A DNA stretch of 64,000 bases from Mobula hypostoma (GCF_963921235.1 NC_086108.1:72232001-72296000); one strand, 5' to 3'. Positions 1 through 12,445 are shown, counted from the stretch's first letter. The notes: generated from the sequence alone by a model not told the origin. Numbers and translations are program-made.

Positions 1-1406
1 GTGCAGCGCAATGAGACATTGAATCCATTGTGCAAGCTGCTCAACAGAGCGAGGCAGTCCCTAGTCAATGCCCCACTAACCATGTTTATGTTCCCAGCTC
101 TGTCCACTCACAGGTATTGCAGTGGGGTCATTCTTCCCGGTTATCCTGTCATCCTGGAACCAGGCGTACTCAGACCCTCATCAGTCGGTGGTTCTGGTGG
201 CCCTCCATGGGAGATGACATCCGCAACTTTGTCTCAGCCTGCTTGGTCTGTGCTCAAGGCGAGAACTCTAACAGGTCACCTGCTGGTCTGTTACAAGCCA
301 GGTCTACCCTCAAGAGACCCTGGTCCCACATTGACCTGGACTTTGTCACCGGTCTTCCCCCATCAGATGGTAACACCACCATTCTCACAGTAGTTGAACA
401 TTTCTCCAAGTCTGTACACTTCATTCCTTTACCTAAACTTCCCTTGGCCAAAGAAACAGCCAAATTACTAATACTGCATGTTTTTAAATTACATGGTTTA
501 CCTGTAGATGTTGTGTCAGACAGGGGCTCTCAATTCACATCCAACTTCTGGAGGGCATTCTGTAATCTTCTTGGTGCCTCAGTGAGTCTGTCTTCAGGAT
601 TCCACCCACAGACCGATGGCCAGACCAAGTGGGCCAACCAACAGCTGGAGATAGTATTGCGGTGTCTGGTCTCCCAGAACCCATCCGCATGGAGTCAGCA
701 GCTACCCTGGCCCAAGTACTCTATAAACTCTCATCCATCCTCATACACCGGTCTGTCCCCCTTCGAGTGCTGCCTTGGCTACCAACCTCCACTGTTTCCT
801 GCCCAGGAGGAGGAGGTTGGCGTTCCACCTGCCGAGGCATTCATCCGCCGTTGTCAGCAGATGTGGAGGCGCACTCGCTCCGCCTTTCTTTGTGCCTCAG
901 CTAGGATCAAGAGTCAAGCTGACCACCATCACTCCAGGACCCCACGTTACCGCCAGGGACAGCGTGTGTGGCTTTCAACCCGAGACCTGCCCCTCAAGGT
1001 GGATTCCTGCAAACTCTTTCCCCCACTTCATCAGCCCCTTTCCCATTGCTAAAGTCATCACCCCTGCTGCCGTCCGTCTCAAGCACCCCTCCACTCTCTG
1101 CGGCATTCATCCCACCTTCCATGTGTCCCGCATCAAGCCTTTCATTAGCCACCCCGTGTCCTGTCCCCAAACCCTCCCCTCCCCCACGATTCATCAACGG
1201 GTCGGAGGCCTTCATGGTGCGTCGACTGCTGGACGTTTGTCACCGTGGCCTCCAGTGCCTCGTGGACTGGGAGGGCTATTGTCCCGAGGAGTGTGCTGAT
1301 TCCCCACCCTTAACATCCTGGACTCCTCTCTCATCAGGGACTTTCATCGCCAGCACCCAGCTCTAACTATCGTGACAGCAGGAGGCGTCCGTAGAGGTGG
1401 GGATAC
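1..1406 (+). mobile_element. Gypsy/Ty3 chromovirus (Sushi/Tf2-like) LTR retrotransposon, 3' part of pol: integrase plus chromodomain, decayed, 5' end outside the window
   Basis: ORF 30-1052 has the HHCC zinc motif (WGHSSRLSCHPG...SACLVC) and integrase core (RPWSHIDLDFVTGLP, VSDRGSQFTSNFW, GFHPQTDGQTKWANQ, where the catalytic E reads K). Frameshifted frames give a GPF/Y-type segment (FISPFPI...[12 protein letters not shown]) and a chromodomain (VRRLLD...[11 protein letters not shown]). Purine tract AGAGGTGGGGA at 1393-1403. Confidence 0.95.
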
Positions 1407-1895
1407 TGTCAGTGCCTCCAGTTGAACTCTGTCTTTTTGTGTGTTTTCCCCCTAACTGTCAGTCTGTGGTTTTGTATTGCCATGTGCTCCCATCCCTGCT
1501 CTACTCCGGCCCCTGTATTACTGAGTACTCCGTCTCTCACCTGTTTCTCATTATTACCTGTATTGCTGCCACCTGTGTCTCACTGTGCTCCACCTATCAT
1601 CTGCCTCTCTGTTTACTGCTCAGTGTAGTTCAGTCCTGTGGTTTCACCTGTTTGTTGTCAGGTTGTGCTGGTGAATTTTCCTGAGCCTTTCTAGCATTCG
1701 TCTCTGTACTCTGTCCATCTGAATATCAACTCTGCCTGTTTCCTGATTCTAGTTTTTGGATTTCTCTGGATGTTTTGACTTCTGCCTGAACTTTGACACT
1801 GACTTTGTTTGCACCTTGGGATTTGTTACTCAATTAATATTACTGTGTGCACAGTACTGGGTCTGCGATTGAATCACTGGTCCAGCTTCCTGCCA
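1407..1895 (+). repeat. 3' LTR of the Gypsy element
   Basis: Starts TGTCA right after the polypurine tract and ends TGCCA (degenerate TGACA), where CR1 sequence abruptly begins, suggesting insertion into a CR1. Confidence 0.8.
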
Positions 1896-2715
1896 GGATA
1901 ACCCACTACTGGAAACATCTTCTCCAGGTCACAGCTATCTAGGCCCTTTAACATTCGGTAAGTTTTAATAAGTTCTCCCCTCATTTTTCTAAACTCCTAA
2001 CTCATCTAAAATACTGACTTGTGGTTAGTTCTTTAGTTCTCAGGACATTCTCATAAAACTCCCCTGGACCTTTTCCAATGCTGGCAAGCTTTTTCTTATT
2101 TATAGGGCCTAAAACTGCTTGCAATGCACCAAATGTTGTCTGACCAATGCTTTATAAAGCCTCAGCATTATGTCCTTGCTCTTGTATTCTTGTCGTCTCA
2201 AAATGAATGATAATATTGCATTTGCCGCCTTTATTTCTGACTTCACTGGGACTCCCATAAGGCATAAGTAGAATTAAGCCATTGAGTTTGCTCCACCATT
2301 CTACCATAGCTGATTTATATTCCCCCTCAACCCATTATCCTGCCTTCTCTCTCATGACACTCTTACTAATCAAGAACCTATAAACTCCATTTTAAATATT
2401 CAATGACTTGACCTTCACAGCTATCTGTGGAAATGAATTCCACAGTTTTACCATCCTCTGGCTAAATATATTCTTCCTTACCTTTGATCTAAATGGACAT
2501 CCTTGCATCCAGTGCCTGTGCCCTTGAGTTCAAGACTCCCTCACCATAGGAAGCATCTGCTCCACTTACACTCTATCTATAGAGGTCTCAATGAGATCCC
2601 CCTTCACCTTCCTATGATCCAGCAAAAACAGGCCCAGAACCATCAAATGTTCCGCATACATTAACCCTTTTGTTCCTGGGATCATTCTTGGGAATCGCCT
2701 CCGGACCCTCAGCAG
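1896..2715 (-). mobile_element. Two decayed CR1 LINE 3' fragments (about 1896-2245 and 2257-2715)
   Basis: Minus-strand ORF 2566-2760 reads RVRRRFPRMIPGTKGLMYAEHLMVLGLF...GDLIET, the CR1 ORF2 C-terminus. CR1 3' UTR-like sequence near 2260-2330. Confidence 0.85.
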
Positions 2716-3376
2716 ATAAATGTCACAAAACTGTTCACCGTATTGTAATCCTGTTCTCAAGTACAGGACTCAGGAGTACTAAGAATGAACAGCTGGTTGA
2801 GGAGGAAGAAAATCTAATTGACTCTGAAGAGTATGAGGTTTGTTACCTCAGATCAAGACCTGACATTGTAGATGAACTTTCTAAGAGTCAAGAAACCCAC
2901 AAAAGAATTGTAGGTTCTAACCCAAGCCCAGATCGGCCATTTACAACCAGATTTAGACCCAGTGTTGGAACCCCAAAGAAATGAAAGTTACTTACCTGAT
3001 GTAAAGGAATCTACTGTAGAAAGTAACTTGCTTGTCAGTCCAAAAGAAAACCCTGTAGAAGAAACAACAAATGAGGAAATGCATTATCAGTTATTCCTAC
3101 CTGATGAAAGAAGTCTGGAAACGAATCTGAGATTCAACAAGAAAAAGAGACACACTATGAAGTGTTGGCTAGAAAACACACGGCAAATGAGCATTCTCAC
3201 AAAGAACAGCCTGAACTCAGGTGGTTTTCTAGACAGGGGAAAAACCTAAAACTCTAACATATCCTGAGATAAGAAATCCTTTAGTGACGATAGTTCGGTT
3301 CCCTTTTCCAAGGTCTGAGTTCAGCTATTTCAGTCTTCTTGAGCTTTCACATATGTTGAACACTCCAAACCCATTA

Positions 3377-4932
3377 CAGGTTTCCCCCGCCATCCGAAGG
3401 TAGAGCGTTCCTATGAAATGGTTCGTAAGCCAAAATGTCGTAAAGCTAAGAAGCAATTACCATTTATTTATATGGGAAAATTTTGTGAGTGTTCGCAGAC
3501 CCAAAAATAACCTACCAAATCATGCCAAACAACACATAAAACCTAAAATAACAGTAACACATGGTAAAAGCAGGAATGATATGATAAATACACAGCCTAT
3601 ATAAAGTAGAAATACTTTTCCATAATCATTACTGCACTGTTCTCCATAGCGAAAATCACACGCAACTGCCATCGGCAGAAAATCTCACGCAAGCGCTGTT
3701 GGCAAAAACACGTGCAAGCGCTCTCCAGTAACCTTTAAGCTATGAAGCTGCCAAATCATACCAAATAACACGTAAAAATACACAGCCGGTATGAAGTTGA
3801 AATAATGTATGTACAGTGTAGTATCACTTACCGGAATCGGGAAGACAGCGCCAAGCACACTGATGATGCTGTGTTAGACTGAGTCGTTGCAAGTTGGCTG
3901 GTGCAGTGGCCCCCACCCTCCAGGCCGCTGAACGATACATTACCACGAAGAACGCGGGGGTCCAGCGGTAGCCGGGAGGTACACAGCACATCTTTAAGAA
4001 AAAAACCGAAACAAACATGCTAATTAGGTGCCACCCGTAATTGTTGGCCCAGATCAGTGCCGGTTTCCAATTGCGTCGTCTCTGATCTGGGCCGACAATT
4101 ACATGTCGGCGGCACCTAATTAATTAGCATGTTTATTTCGGCTTTTTTCTTAAAGATGTGCTGTGTGCCTCCCGGCTACCTTTGCATTCTCTGCAAATCG
4201 GTATCTGTCCGTGGCCTGGGGGTTGGGGTGGTGGGACACTGGGGTGTCATCTCGTCGCCTGTTTCCATTAGAGCAGGCAGCTCATTTTCTATCTCTGCTT
4301 GCCTCAATGTCGAAGGTCGAGGTTTGTCATCTGCTGTGGCTGATGTGGAAGGCTTGCTTGAGTGCTGAGCCTCGCGCATTTTTCTATCACACAGTTCTTT
4401 AATAAGGACTCAAACCATCCTGCAAATATCCCCTAAACCGATGTATCCTTTCAAAATTAAAGTCGTACTTTATCATTACTCATTCGGTTTCCATTGTTAT
4501 CCATTTTTCTTCCAATTGCATCATCTCTTCATCTGTCAGTTCTTGGTGATGGGATGCCAAAACCTCTTCAACATCATGTTCATCAGCTTCTACAAGCCAA
4601 ACTCATGTTGTCCTTACCTCGTTCACCACGATCAAAACGCTTAATTATGTCTAGTTTTACTGTAAGTGTAACACCCTTACGAGCTCTTTCAGGCTTTTCC
4701 GATACCATAGAACTCATCTTGCATACGGCTGCTCACAGGCTCGTGTTAAAGCAATGCCGTTCCGAATCCGGGGGAGAGTGGCTGCTCGGGGCGCGCTGCC
4801 TTTTATCGCGTGCTGAATTTTTTTTTCGTAACAGTGAAAACACCTTCTGAAAGCGAAAATAGGGTACTAATGTAAGTCTTTCGTAACAGTGAGGTTTCGT
4901 AAAGCGAACGTTCGAAAAGCGGGGGACACCTA
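3377..4932 (-). mobile_element. Internally deleted TcMar-Tigger/pogo DNA transposon
   Basis: Imperfect TIRs: CAGGTTTCCCCCGC at 3377 after a TA, and ...GCGGGGGACACCTA ending at 4932. From the minus-strand ATG at 4717 the sequence reads MSSMVSEKPERARKGVTLTVKLDIIKRFDRGERGKD (CENP-B/psq HTH start), followed in another frame by DEHDVEEVLASHHQELTDEEMMQLEE (Tigger C-terminal type). No DDE domain. Confidence 0.85.
3967..4180. repeat. Long inverted repeat (hairpin) inside the Tigger
   Basis: Arm 3967-4057 (GGTAGCCGGGAGG...CCCAGATCAG) pairs with arm 4082-4180 (CTGATCTGGG...CCTCCCGGCTACC) around a 24-nt loop. The ORF track shows mirror peptides (FFLKMCCVPPGY) on both strands. Confidence 0.95.
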
Positions 4933-5679
4933 CAGTGCAATCTGTAGCATAAGTTCAAATGGGGAGAGCATAACCCAGGTTAAACCCAAAGATTTAATGT
5001 TAGAAAGCTCCACCTGTGGAGGGATAAAAATGAGGTTTATCAAGTTTGCGAGAACAAAGCAAATGTGGGAAGCAATAGAAATGCAGCAAACTATAGAAAC
5101 TAATTAAAGATAAAACTGGAATTAGTAAGTTAGTATCTCTACCCTACTCACTGGAAATCCTCAGGGTGAAACCCCTGGAGGAGAGATGATATTGATAAAA
5201 TATTTATTGGAGGTATGGCTATAATGAGCACCGGCTATAATGAGATGATATCAGCGGAGAGTGTCCAAGATCTCCACCGTGTAACCGGGAATTAGCTCTG
5301 TTAAATCATACCAAGGAATTCAGTCAGTTTTTTTGTACAAGTATTATGAATCAACTTTCCATGGATGACCGATTACTTCATCCAATGAACCAAGAAACAA
5401 GATGGTGAGCCACCCAAGATCTACGAACCAGTGTAGGAACAAAATGTTTCAAGGTGTAGAGCATTTAATACAGTTGGATATATAACTTTGTTTTTCATTT
5501 GAAGGATTGAGATTTTGATTTTCTGGAAGAACTAATTTTTTTTTTCAAGACTAAGTTATTCAATGAGAGTTACTTTGTTTAAAAGTTGTGATGTTGGAAA
5601 ATTTGTCATGAAAGGAGTTAGTGTTTTTATTTATTGGGATTAAATTTGTAGGCGTACTGATCTGGCTTGAAACTGAAGT

Positions 5680-6680
5680 TAACCATAATAATATTTGCAA
5701 TTTTCCATTCCCCTGGAATCTAGTGATTCTTGTAAGGTTACTACTAATGCCTCCACAATCTCTTCAGCTACCTCTTTCAGAACCCATGAGTGTAGTCCAT
5801 CTGGTCCAGGTGACATATGTATCTGCAGACATTTCAGCTTCCCAAGCACCTTCTCCTTAGTAATAGCAATTACACTCACTTCTGCCTCAACTTGGCTGGT
5901 GGAGCAGTGAGATCAGTGTTGGACTCGAGAATGGAGGTTCCCGAATTCGATCCAGTGATAGACGGCTCCTGAGCGTGCTCTCCATCCGTGCCAGGTTGAT
6001 GTCGAGCTAGCAACTTGACCTTGTTTATATTTTTTAAAAAAACACTGCCACCTCCAGTTTAAATTCCCACGCGGAATATTGTGGAGGATCAAAACACCCA
6101 AACTCCTTTGATTTGCTAGCATGCTGCTGGTATCTTCCACAGAGAAGACTAACACAAAATACTTCTTCAGTCATATGCTATTTCTTTGTTCTCCATTACT
6201 ACTTCTCCAGCATCCTTTTCCAGTGGTCTGATGTCCACTCTTGTTTCTTTTACTCTGTATATACAGTATATATAACAAAAACTTTAGGTATTCTTTTTTA
6301 TATTATTGGTTACCTTACTTTTCATATTTCATTTACCACTCCATATTACTGCTTAATTACTTTCTGTTAGCTTCCCAATCTTCTACCTTCTCATGAATTT
6401 TTGCTGTATTATATGCCATCTCTTTTGCCTTTATGGTCTCTTTGACTTCCCTTGTCAGATATTGTTCACTCATCCTCCCTTTAGAATGCTTCTTACTTGT
6501 GATGAACCAATCCTGCATCATTTAAATTAATCCCAGAAACTCCAACCATTAGTGTTGTACTATCATCTCTGCTAGTGTTCCCTTCCAATCAATGTAGGCA
6601 GCTCCTATTCCATGCCTCTCTAGTTACCTTTACTCAACACATCCAATTTTATCTTCTTCCTCTCAAACTGCAGTTTGATG
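5680..6680 (-). mobile_element. Decayed CR1 ORF2 fragment, interrupted by a SINE
   Basis: ORF 5679-5879 reads KVLGKLKCL...SPGPDGLHSWVLKEVAEEIVEAL, the CR1 pre-RT region. CR1 sequence resumes at about 6110. Confidence 0.85.
5894..6105 (+). mobile_element. tRNA-derived SINE
   Basis: Head GGCTGGTGGAGCAGTGAG (A-box-like) and GAATTCGATCC at 5943-5953 (B-box-like). Head and body match the SINE at 35014-35270. Confidence 0.75.
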
Positions 6681-7369
6681 TAGTAGTAATATCTAAAAAG
6701 ACAAGGAATATGGGGTAAAAGCTGAAGCCAGGTACTGAATTTAAAAGATCTGACATGATCATTCTGACTATGTAGCATGCTCAAAGTGTCAAATAGCCTT
6801 CTCCTGCCCCTAATTTTTATGTTTCTTCCATTAGATTGATGGATTCTGTTTAAAGTGCAATATTGACACCTAGAGAATCCTATAGTGTTCGCTGTAAAAC
6901 ATGTTATATGCTTGAACGACTAGATGACAACTCAGTTGTAAATCCATTCTGCAGGTTGGTGCTTACCTTGCATTGCACTGAATTTCAATTTTAGGTTAGA
7001 TGATTATGCTTCATTGTGAAGTAATCCAATACATGCAAACTATATGAGAAGCCAGTTTGCTTTATGACTAGAATTATTATTATTCTCATCACTGTCGTCA
7101 TTAATGGAGTTGCATTTTCAAGGGAAAATGGCCTTTTTTGATGTCTGCATACCAATATACATGGAGTCTTGGTGCCCTGAGGTTATAACCAGGCCAAAAA
7201 ATACTTCGCTTATTACTGTAAGCTCTGTGAAGGAGTTGGATGCAAGCCAATTGTAAGTCAGAAGGAAATTATCAACAACCAAAGAAACCCTGAAATATTT
7301 CACTTCCTTTTCAAACATAAACAGCACTCTAAACAAATGTGTTTAGAAAGTAGAATAACTTGAATGACA

Positions 7370-9053
7370 GAATCACAGAAGGAAGCTCATTAGCTGTGGT
7401 GGGACTTGAATGCTGTCACCCCCTACAAAATAAAACCAAGTAGCATATGTGACAGCATAGCTTCACACCCAGATAAGCACAATGCTTTCTATGCTCACTT
7501 TGACCAACAAAACATGGAAGCACCTTCACAGTCTCCCACACCCAATGACCCTGTGATTCCTTTCAACAGAGTGAATAAACGGAAAGCATTTGCCAATACC
7601 TGGCCAAGTACTGAAGACCTGTGCTGATCAACTGGCTGGAGTGTTCACTGATATTTCTAATGTCTTCACTTGGCAGTCTGAGGCACCCACCTGCTTCAAG
7701 CAGGCTTCAATTATACCGATGCCAAACCTACCTCAGTGACTATTATCCAGTGGTACTTACATTCACAGAGATTTAGTGCTTTTAGAGGTGGGTGATGAAA
7801 CATATCAAGAGTGACTTGGATCTGCTCCAATTCGCCTATTGTCACAAGCAGGCCATTTCTTTTACTCTCCACTCAACCCTTGAACGTCAGGACAATAAAG
7901 ATGCATACATCAGTATGCTCTTCATTGATTACAGCTCAGTATTCAACACTGTCATCCCCTTCAAAAATAATCACTAAGCTCCAAGATCTAAGCCTCAATA
8001 CCTCCGTGTGCAACTTGGCTTTATACTAATCATTGTATGGCTAAGTACAGCTCCAAGGCCATATTTAAATTTGTTGATGATGCCACTTTTGTTGGTTGAC
8101 AAATCAGCAAATTGGAGGTAGATTGTAAATCTGGCTGAATGGTGCCACAACAACAAGCTCTCACTCAATGTCATCAAAACCAAAGAGCTGATTATTGATG
8201 ACAGGAGGAAGAAATGTGAAATCCATGAACCATCCTTTATCATGAGATCAGAGGTGAAGAGTGCCTGCAACTTTAACTTCCACAGCTTTATCATTTCAGA
8301 GGGTCTATCCTGGAAACAGCACCTAACTGTCATTATAAAGAAAGCATAGCAACACCTCAACTTTCTTTGAAGTTTATGCTGATTCAGTAAATCATCTAAA
8401 ACTTTGACAAACTTCTATAGATGCCCAGAGGAGAGTATGCTACCTGATCACAGCCTGATATGGAAACACCAATGTCAATGAATGGGAAGGCCTGCAAAAA
8501 GTAGTGAATGTAGCCCAGTTTATTACGGGTAAATCTCTCCCCACCATTGAGCACATCCACAAGGAGTGCTGTTGCTGGAAAACAACACCCATCATCAGGA
8601 ACACCCACCATCCAAGCCATGCTCTCTTCTCAATGCTGGCATCAGGAAGAAGATACAGGAGCCATAGGATCCACCTCGCCAGGTTCAGGAACAGTTATTA
8701 CCCTTCAACCATCAGTGTCTTAAATCAGAGGGGATAACTTCACCCATCTTCACTCGCCCCATCACTGAACTGATTCCACAACCGATAGACTCACTTTCAA
8801 GGACTCTGTACCTCGTGTTCTTGCTATTAATTGTTTATTTATTTATTAATATTACTTTTTTTTAACTTTTTGTATTTTTTTTCTTTCTGCACAGTTTGTT
8901 GTCTTCTGCACTTTGGTTGTTTGTCTTTGTGTGCAACTTTCCATTGATTCAGTTGTTTCTTTGTATTTATAGTAAATGCCTGGAAGAAAATGAATCTCAG
9001 GATGGTGCATAGACATACGTATTCAGGTAATACTTGTACTCAGAACTTTGAAC
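7370..9053 (+). mobile_element. Rex1/Babar-type LINE, 5'-truncated and decayed
   Basis: Fragments [37 protein letters not shown] and HHPSHALFSMLASGRRYRS...RFRNSYYP. The 3' UTR ends ...AAAATGAATCTCAG...GAACTTTGAAC. Confidence 0.85.
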
Positions 9054-9714
9054 AACCAACCAACACACTCAGTGAAACTACTGTCACATATTGTTTAAGA
9101 TAAACTTCAAAAGATGTGGCTGAACTATGTGCTAGCTGGTGCTGTCTTGTTATCTTATGATGTATCTTACCAGACTGAAGTATTTTAATTAGCTATACAT
9201 ACCATAACTTTCAGGTTATACACAAGTGGAACATAAATTTCCATTTAACTAGGAGTTTATATGATATTTCATCCATTTGACACAAGTTTAGGATCCATCT
9301 CTGAAGCACTGGAATTAGGTTATAATCACCACTTGAATCCATTCCTGGAAAGTGACTATCTCTTATGTTAAATATCTGGATAAATTCCAATTGCAAATTT
9401 GATCTATCCAACATTTCAATTACTGAATCTAAAGGGTCAAAAGAATCTGCACATTGTACACTTGATCAATAACCATTATTTAAATCAATCACTATATTTA
9501 TGCCTTCAATGAATAAATGTAGTAAAACTGAACATAATTCTATGTAATTTACAGAAGTATGTAAGTTTTCATATACACATTAATCCTCATTTCAAAGACA
9601 CGTGAAAACTTAAGATATATTCCATATTTGTGTTCCCCACTGTAGTAGTTTTGATCTGCATATTTGACTTCCTTGGCTGGAGATAAGACTGGTGGGGAAG
9701 ATCACAAGACCTGT

Positions 9715-10820
9715 ACAAAGAAAGGGACTTCCCTTCTTCCACCATCCACACTACCCTCAACTACATCTCTTCCATTTCACGCACATCCGCCCTCAACCCA
9801 TCTTCCCGCCAGCCCACCAGGGAGAGAGTTCCTCTTGTCCTCACCAGCCACCCTACCAATCTCCACGTCCAGCATATAACCCTCCATAACATCCACCATC
9901 TCCAACGGGATCCCACCACTAAACACATTCCACCCCCCTCCCCCAACTTTCTGCAAGAATTGCTCCCGACGCGACTTCCTTGTCCATTTATTCCCTACCA
10001 CCCCCCCCCCACCTGCCACTGCTCTCCCTTCTGGCACTTATACTAGCAAGCAGAACAAATGCTACGCCTCCCCCCCCCACCCCCCAACTACCATTCAGGG
10101 CCCCGAACAGTCCTTGCAGGTGAGGCAACACTTCACCTGTGAGTCTGCTGGGGTCATCTATTGTGTTCAGTACTCCCGATGTGGCTTCCTGTATATCGGT
10201 GAGACCCAACGTAGATTGGGAGGCCGCTTCACTGAGCACCTATGCTTCGTCCATCAGAAAAAGCAGAATCTCCCAGTGGGCACTCATTTTAATTCTACTT
10301 CCCATTCCCATTCCAACTCCAACATGTCAGTCCATGGCCTCCTCTACTGTCACGATGAGACCACACTCAGCTTGAAGGAACAGCACCTTGTATTCCATCT
10401 GGGTAGCCTCCAAATTGATGGCATAAACATCATTTCTTGAACTTCCAGTAATGTTCCCTCCTCACTACCACCTTCCTTCACCATTCCCCATTCCTATTTC
10501 CCTCTCTGACCATATCTCCTTACCTGCCTATTACCTCCCCCTGCTCCTCCCCCTATTCTTTCTTCCCTGGCCTTCTATCCTCTCCTATCACATTCCCCCT
10601 TCTCCAGCTCTGTATCCCTTTCACCAATCAATGTCCCAGCTCTTTACTTCACCCCTCCTCCTCTGCTAGTTTCACCTATCACCTTGTGTTTCTTCCTCCT
10701 CATCGTCTTTTTTTCCCTCCAGTCCTGATGAAGGGTCTCGGCTGGAAGCATCAGCTGAATATTTTTCCATAGATGCTGCCTGGCCTGCTGAGTTCCTCCA
10801 GCATTTTGTGTGTGTTGCCT
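9715..10820 (+). mobile_element. Penelope-like element, 3' part: GIY-YIG endonuclease plus pseudo-LTR
   Basis: ORF 10114-10440 reads VRQHFTCESAGVIYCVQYSRCGFLYIGETQRRLGGRFTEHL...HFN...EQHLVFHLGSLQIDGIN. It is followed by a pyrimidine-rich tract and a CTGATGA hammerhead-type motif. Confidence 0.92.
10720..10757 (+). ncRNA. Degenerate minimal type I hammerhead ribozyme
   Basis: CAGTC-CTGATGA-AGGGTCTCGGCTG-GAAGC-ATC-AGCTG. The CUGAUGA box is intact, but GAAAC reads GAAGC and the stems are damaged. Confidence 0.65.
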
Positions 10821-11355
10821 GTACAAAGCCTGCCTGATTTTCATTCTATTGAATTCGGTAACAAAATTCAAATGGTTTCCACAAAGGTAAATGTACAACT
10901 ATATTGCTTTAGAGTTTCTGTTCCTTGCAGAGGGCATAGATGATAAGATGACCGTGTTCCTGGTTATAGCAGCCACTGAGTCACCTGAACTTATGACTTC
11001 TGACATGCAAAGGGCAAACATAAAATCTGAGAGCCTCCTACTTTTTTTTAACAGCATAGGTCACCAACAAACATGAACGTAATCTGAAGTAGGCACTGGA
11101 GCCCATTGGGCCTGCTCTGCTATCAGGGCTGATATTTTACCTCGGAGTTACTTTTCTGAATTAACCAGCTTATCCCTGGATTCCTTTAACATCCAGAAAT
11201 CTGTAACATCTGTCCTGCACAATCCTAGAATTCTATTTCACTTGTTCCAAGCTGCTTGCCACTTTTAACTATCAATCTCACCTTCATTGATTTTTCTATG
11301 TCCAATTCATTACTCAGTTCTTGTGCGTACCTTCCACTGCATCTATTTGTCTTAG

Positions 11356-11370
11356 TTAAAAAATCCAAAG
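11356..11370 (+). other. Candidate 15-nt microexon of an unidentified host gene
   Basis: tttgtcttAG|TTAAAAAATCCAAAG|GTAAGT: consensus donor, frame-preserving length, upstream TGC motifs, and no recognisable repeat. Confidence 0.35.
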
Positions 11371-11429
11371 GTAAGTAAAATTGCATTTGTTTATGCTCAG
11401 TGCTCTTAGTAGTATATTGTAATTACAAG

Positions 11430-11662
11430 GCTGAGCTGAGGCTCTGACTGACACGGGCTTCATGTCTGAGAATCACTTTTCTTCCAAATACTATTTGCTT
11501 ACTTTTTATTGCTTGCACAATTTGTTGTTTTTCTCTCCTTGCACATTAGGTGTTGGTCAGGTTTTTTTTGTGGGTTCTTTTGGGTTTCTTGTTTTGTGGC
11601 TGCCTATAAGGAGACAAATCTCAAGGTGTATAATATATATGTACTTTGACCTTTGAACTTTA
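11430..11662 (+). mobile_element. 3' part of a non-autonomous element with a Rex1-type tail
   Basis: GGCTGCCTATAAGGAGACAAATCTCAAGG...TTTGAACTTT closely matches 39807-39885. Confidence 0.7.
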
Positions 11663-12364
11663 AAACTATTACAAGAGCCATCATATGGTTGTTAGTTGTA
11701 AAGGAACTAAAGTTTGAACTTTCATGGCAAATCCATTGTTTTTAAAATGTCTCCAAATGATAGCATAGCAAGATGAGAAGTACAAGGAATTAAAAATACT
11801 TCGAACTGCTTATTCAGACAGAGGTTTTTTAGATTTTACATTTTAGAGGACATCAAGTACTATAACCATGTTTATTACTTTTTATCAATTTTCTGTTCAA
11901 ACCATTGTTAATCTTAGTAATTTCTTCATGGCAATAGCAGACCTACTTAGAACTGGAAAGAGGTTTCTCGATGGCTCTAATGCTACTAATTGATCTGATG
12001 GCTCCATGAACCATGCAATGAAATGCATCCAAAAAGCTAAGGTTTCCTGGTGACTCGCATCTTTGTTAAAATGTATTTTGTATTTAACATTGGTATCTTT
12101 TTCAAATTATCATACAGGCTATTTCCTCCAATGTGAGACAATTATTCCAAAAAAAAATTTGAGCGTCCAATCAGCCACAGAGCCAGAGTATAAGATTCCA
12201 TAATTTGTCATCTTTGGGTGAGTTTCATATTTAGTTGTTGCTATCTTTTCCTGATGGGCAGGTATGGTGACAGCTTCCTCTGTACTTCCACACTGGAGTT
12301 GCAATCTGCACTTGATGCCCAAGAATCCTTGCTGGAATTGGAGAATGTCAGGACATCAAACTGA

Positions 12365-12445
12365 CTCTCAGCCGGTAATGTTGTCTCTTTATTCCCTCCG
12401 TAAATGCTGCCTGACTTGTTGAGTTCCTCCAGTATATTGCACATA
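12365..12445 (+). repeat. Short Penelope pseudo-LTR-derived fragment
   Basis: ATGCTGCCTGACTTGTTGAGTTCCTCCAGTAT matches about 10773-10805 and 16944-16975. Confidence 0.75.

Noticed and set aside
9555..9560. 6-nt microexon (CAG|AAGTAT|GTAAGT)
   Set aside because: Very weak polypyrimidine tract; consistent with chance.
10114..10440. GIY-YIG ORF as a host or homing endonuclease gene
   Set aside because: Embedded in Penelope-like sequence, with a decayed paralog near 16330-16620.
12118..12217. Plus-strand exon bounded by CAG and GTGAGT
   Set aside because: Stop codons in all three frames.
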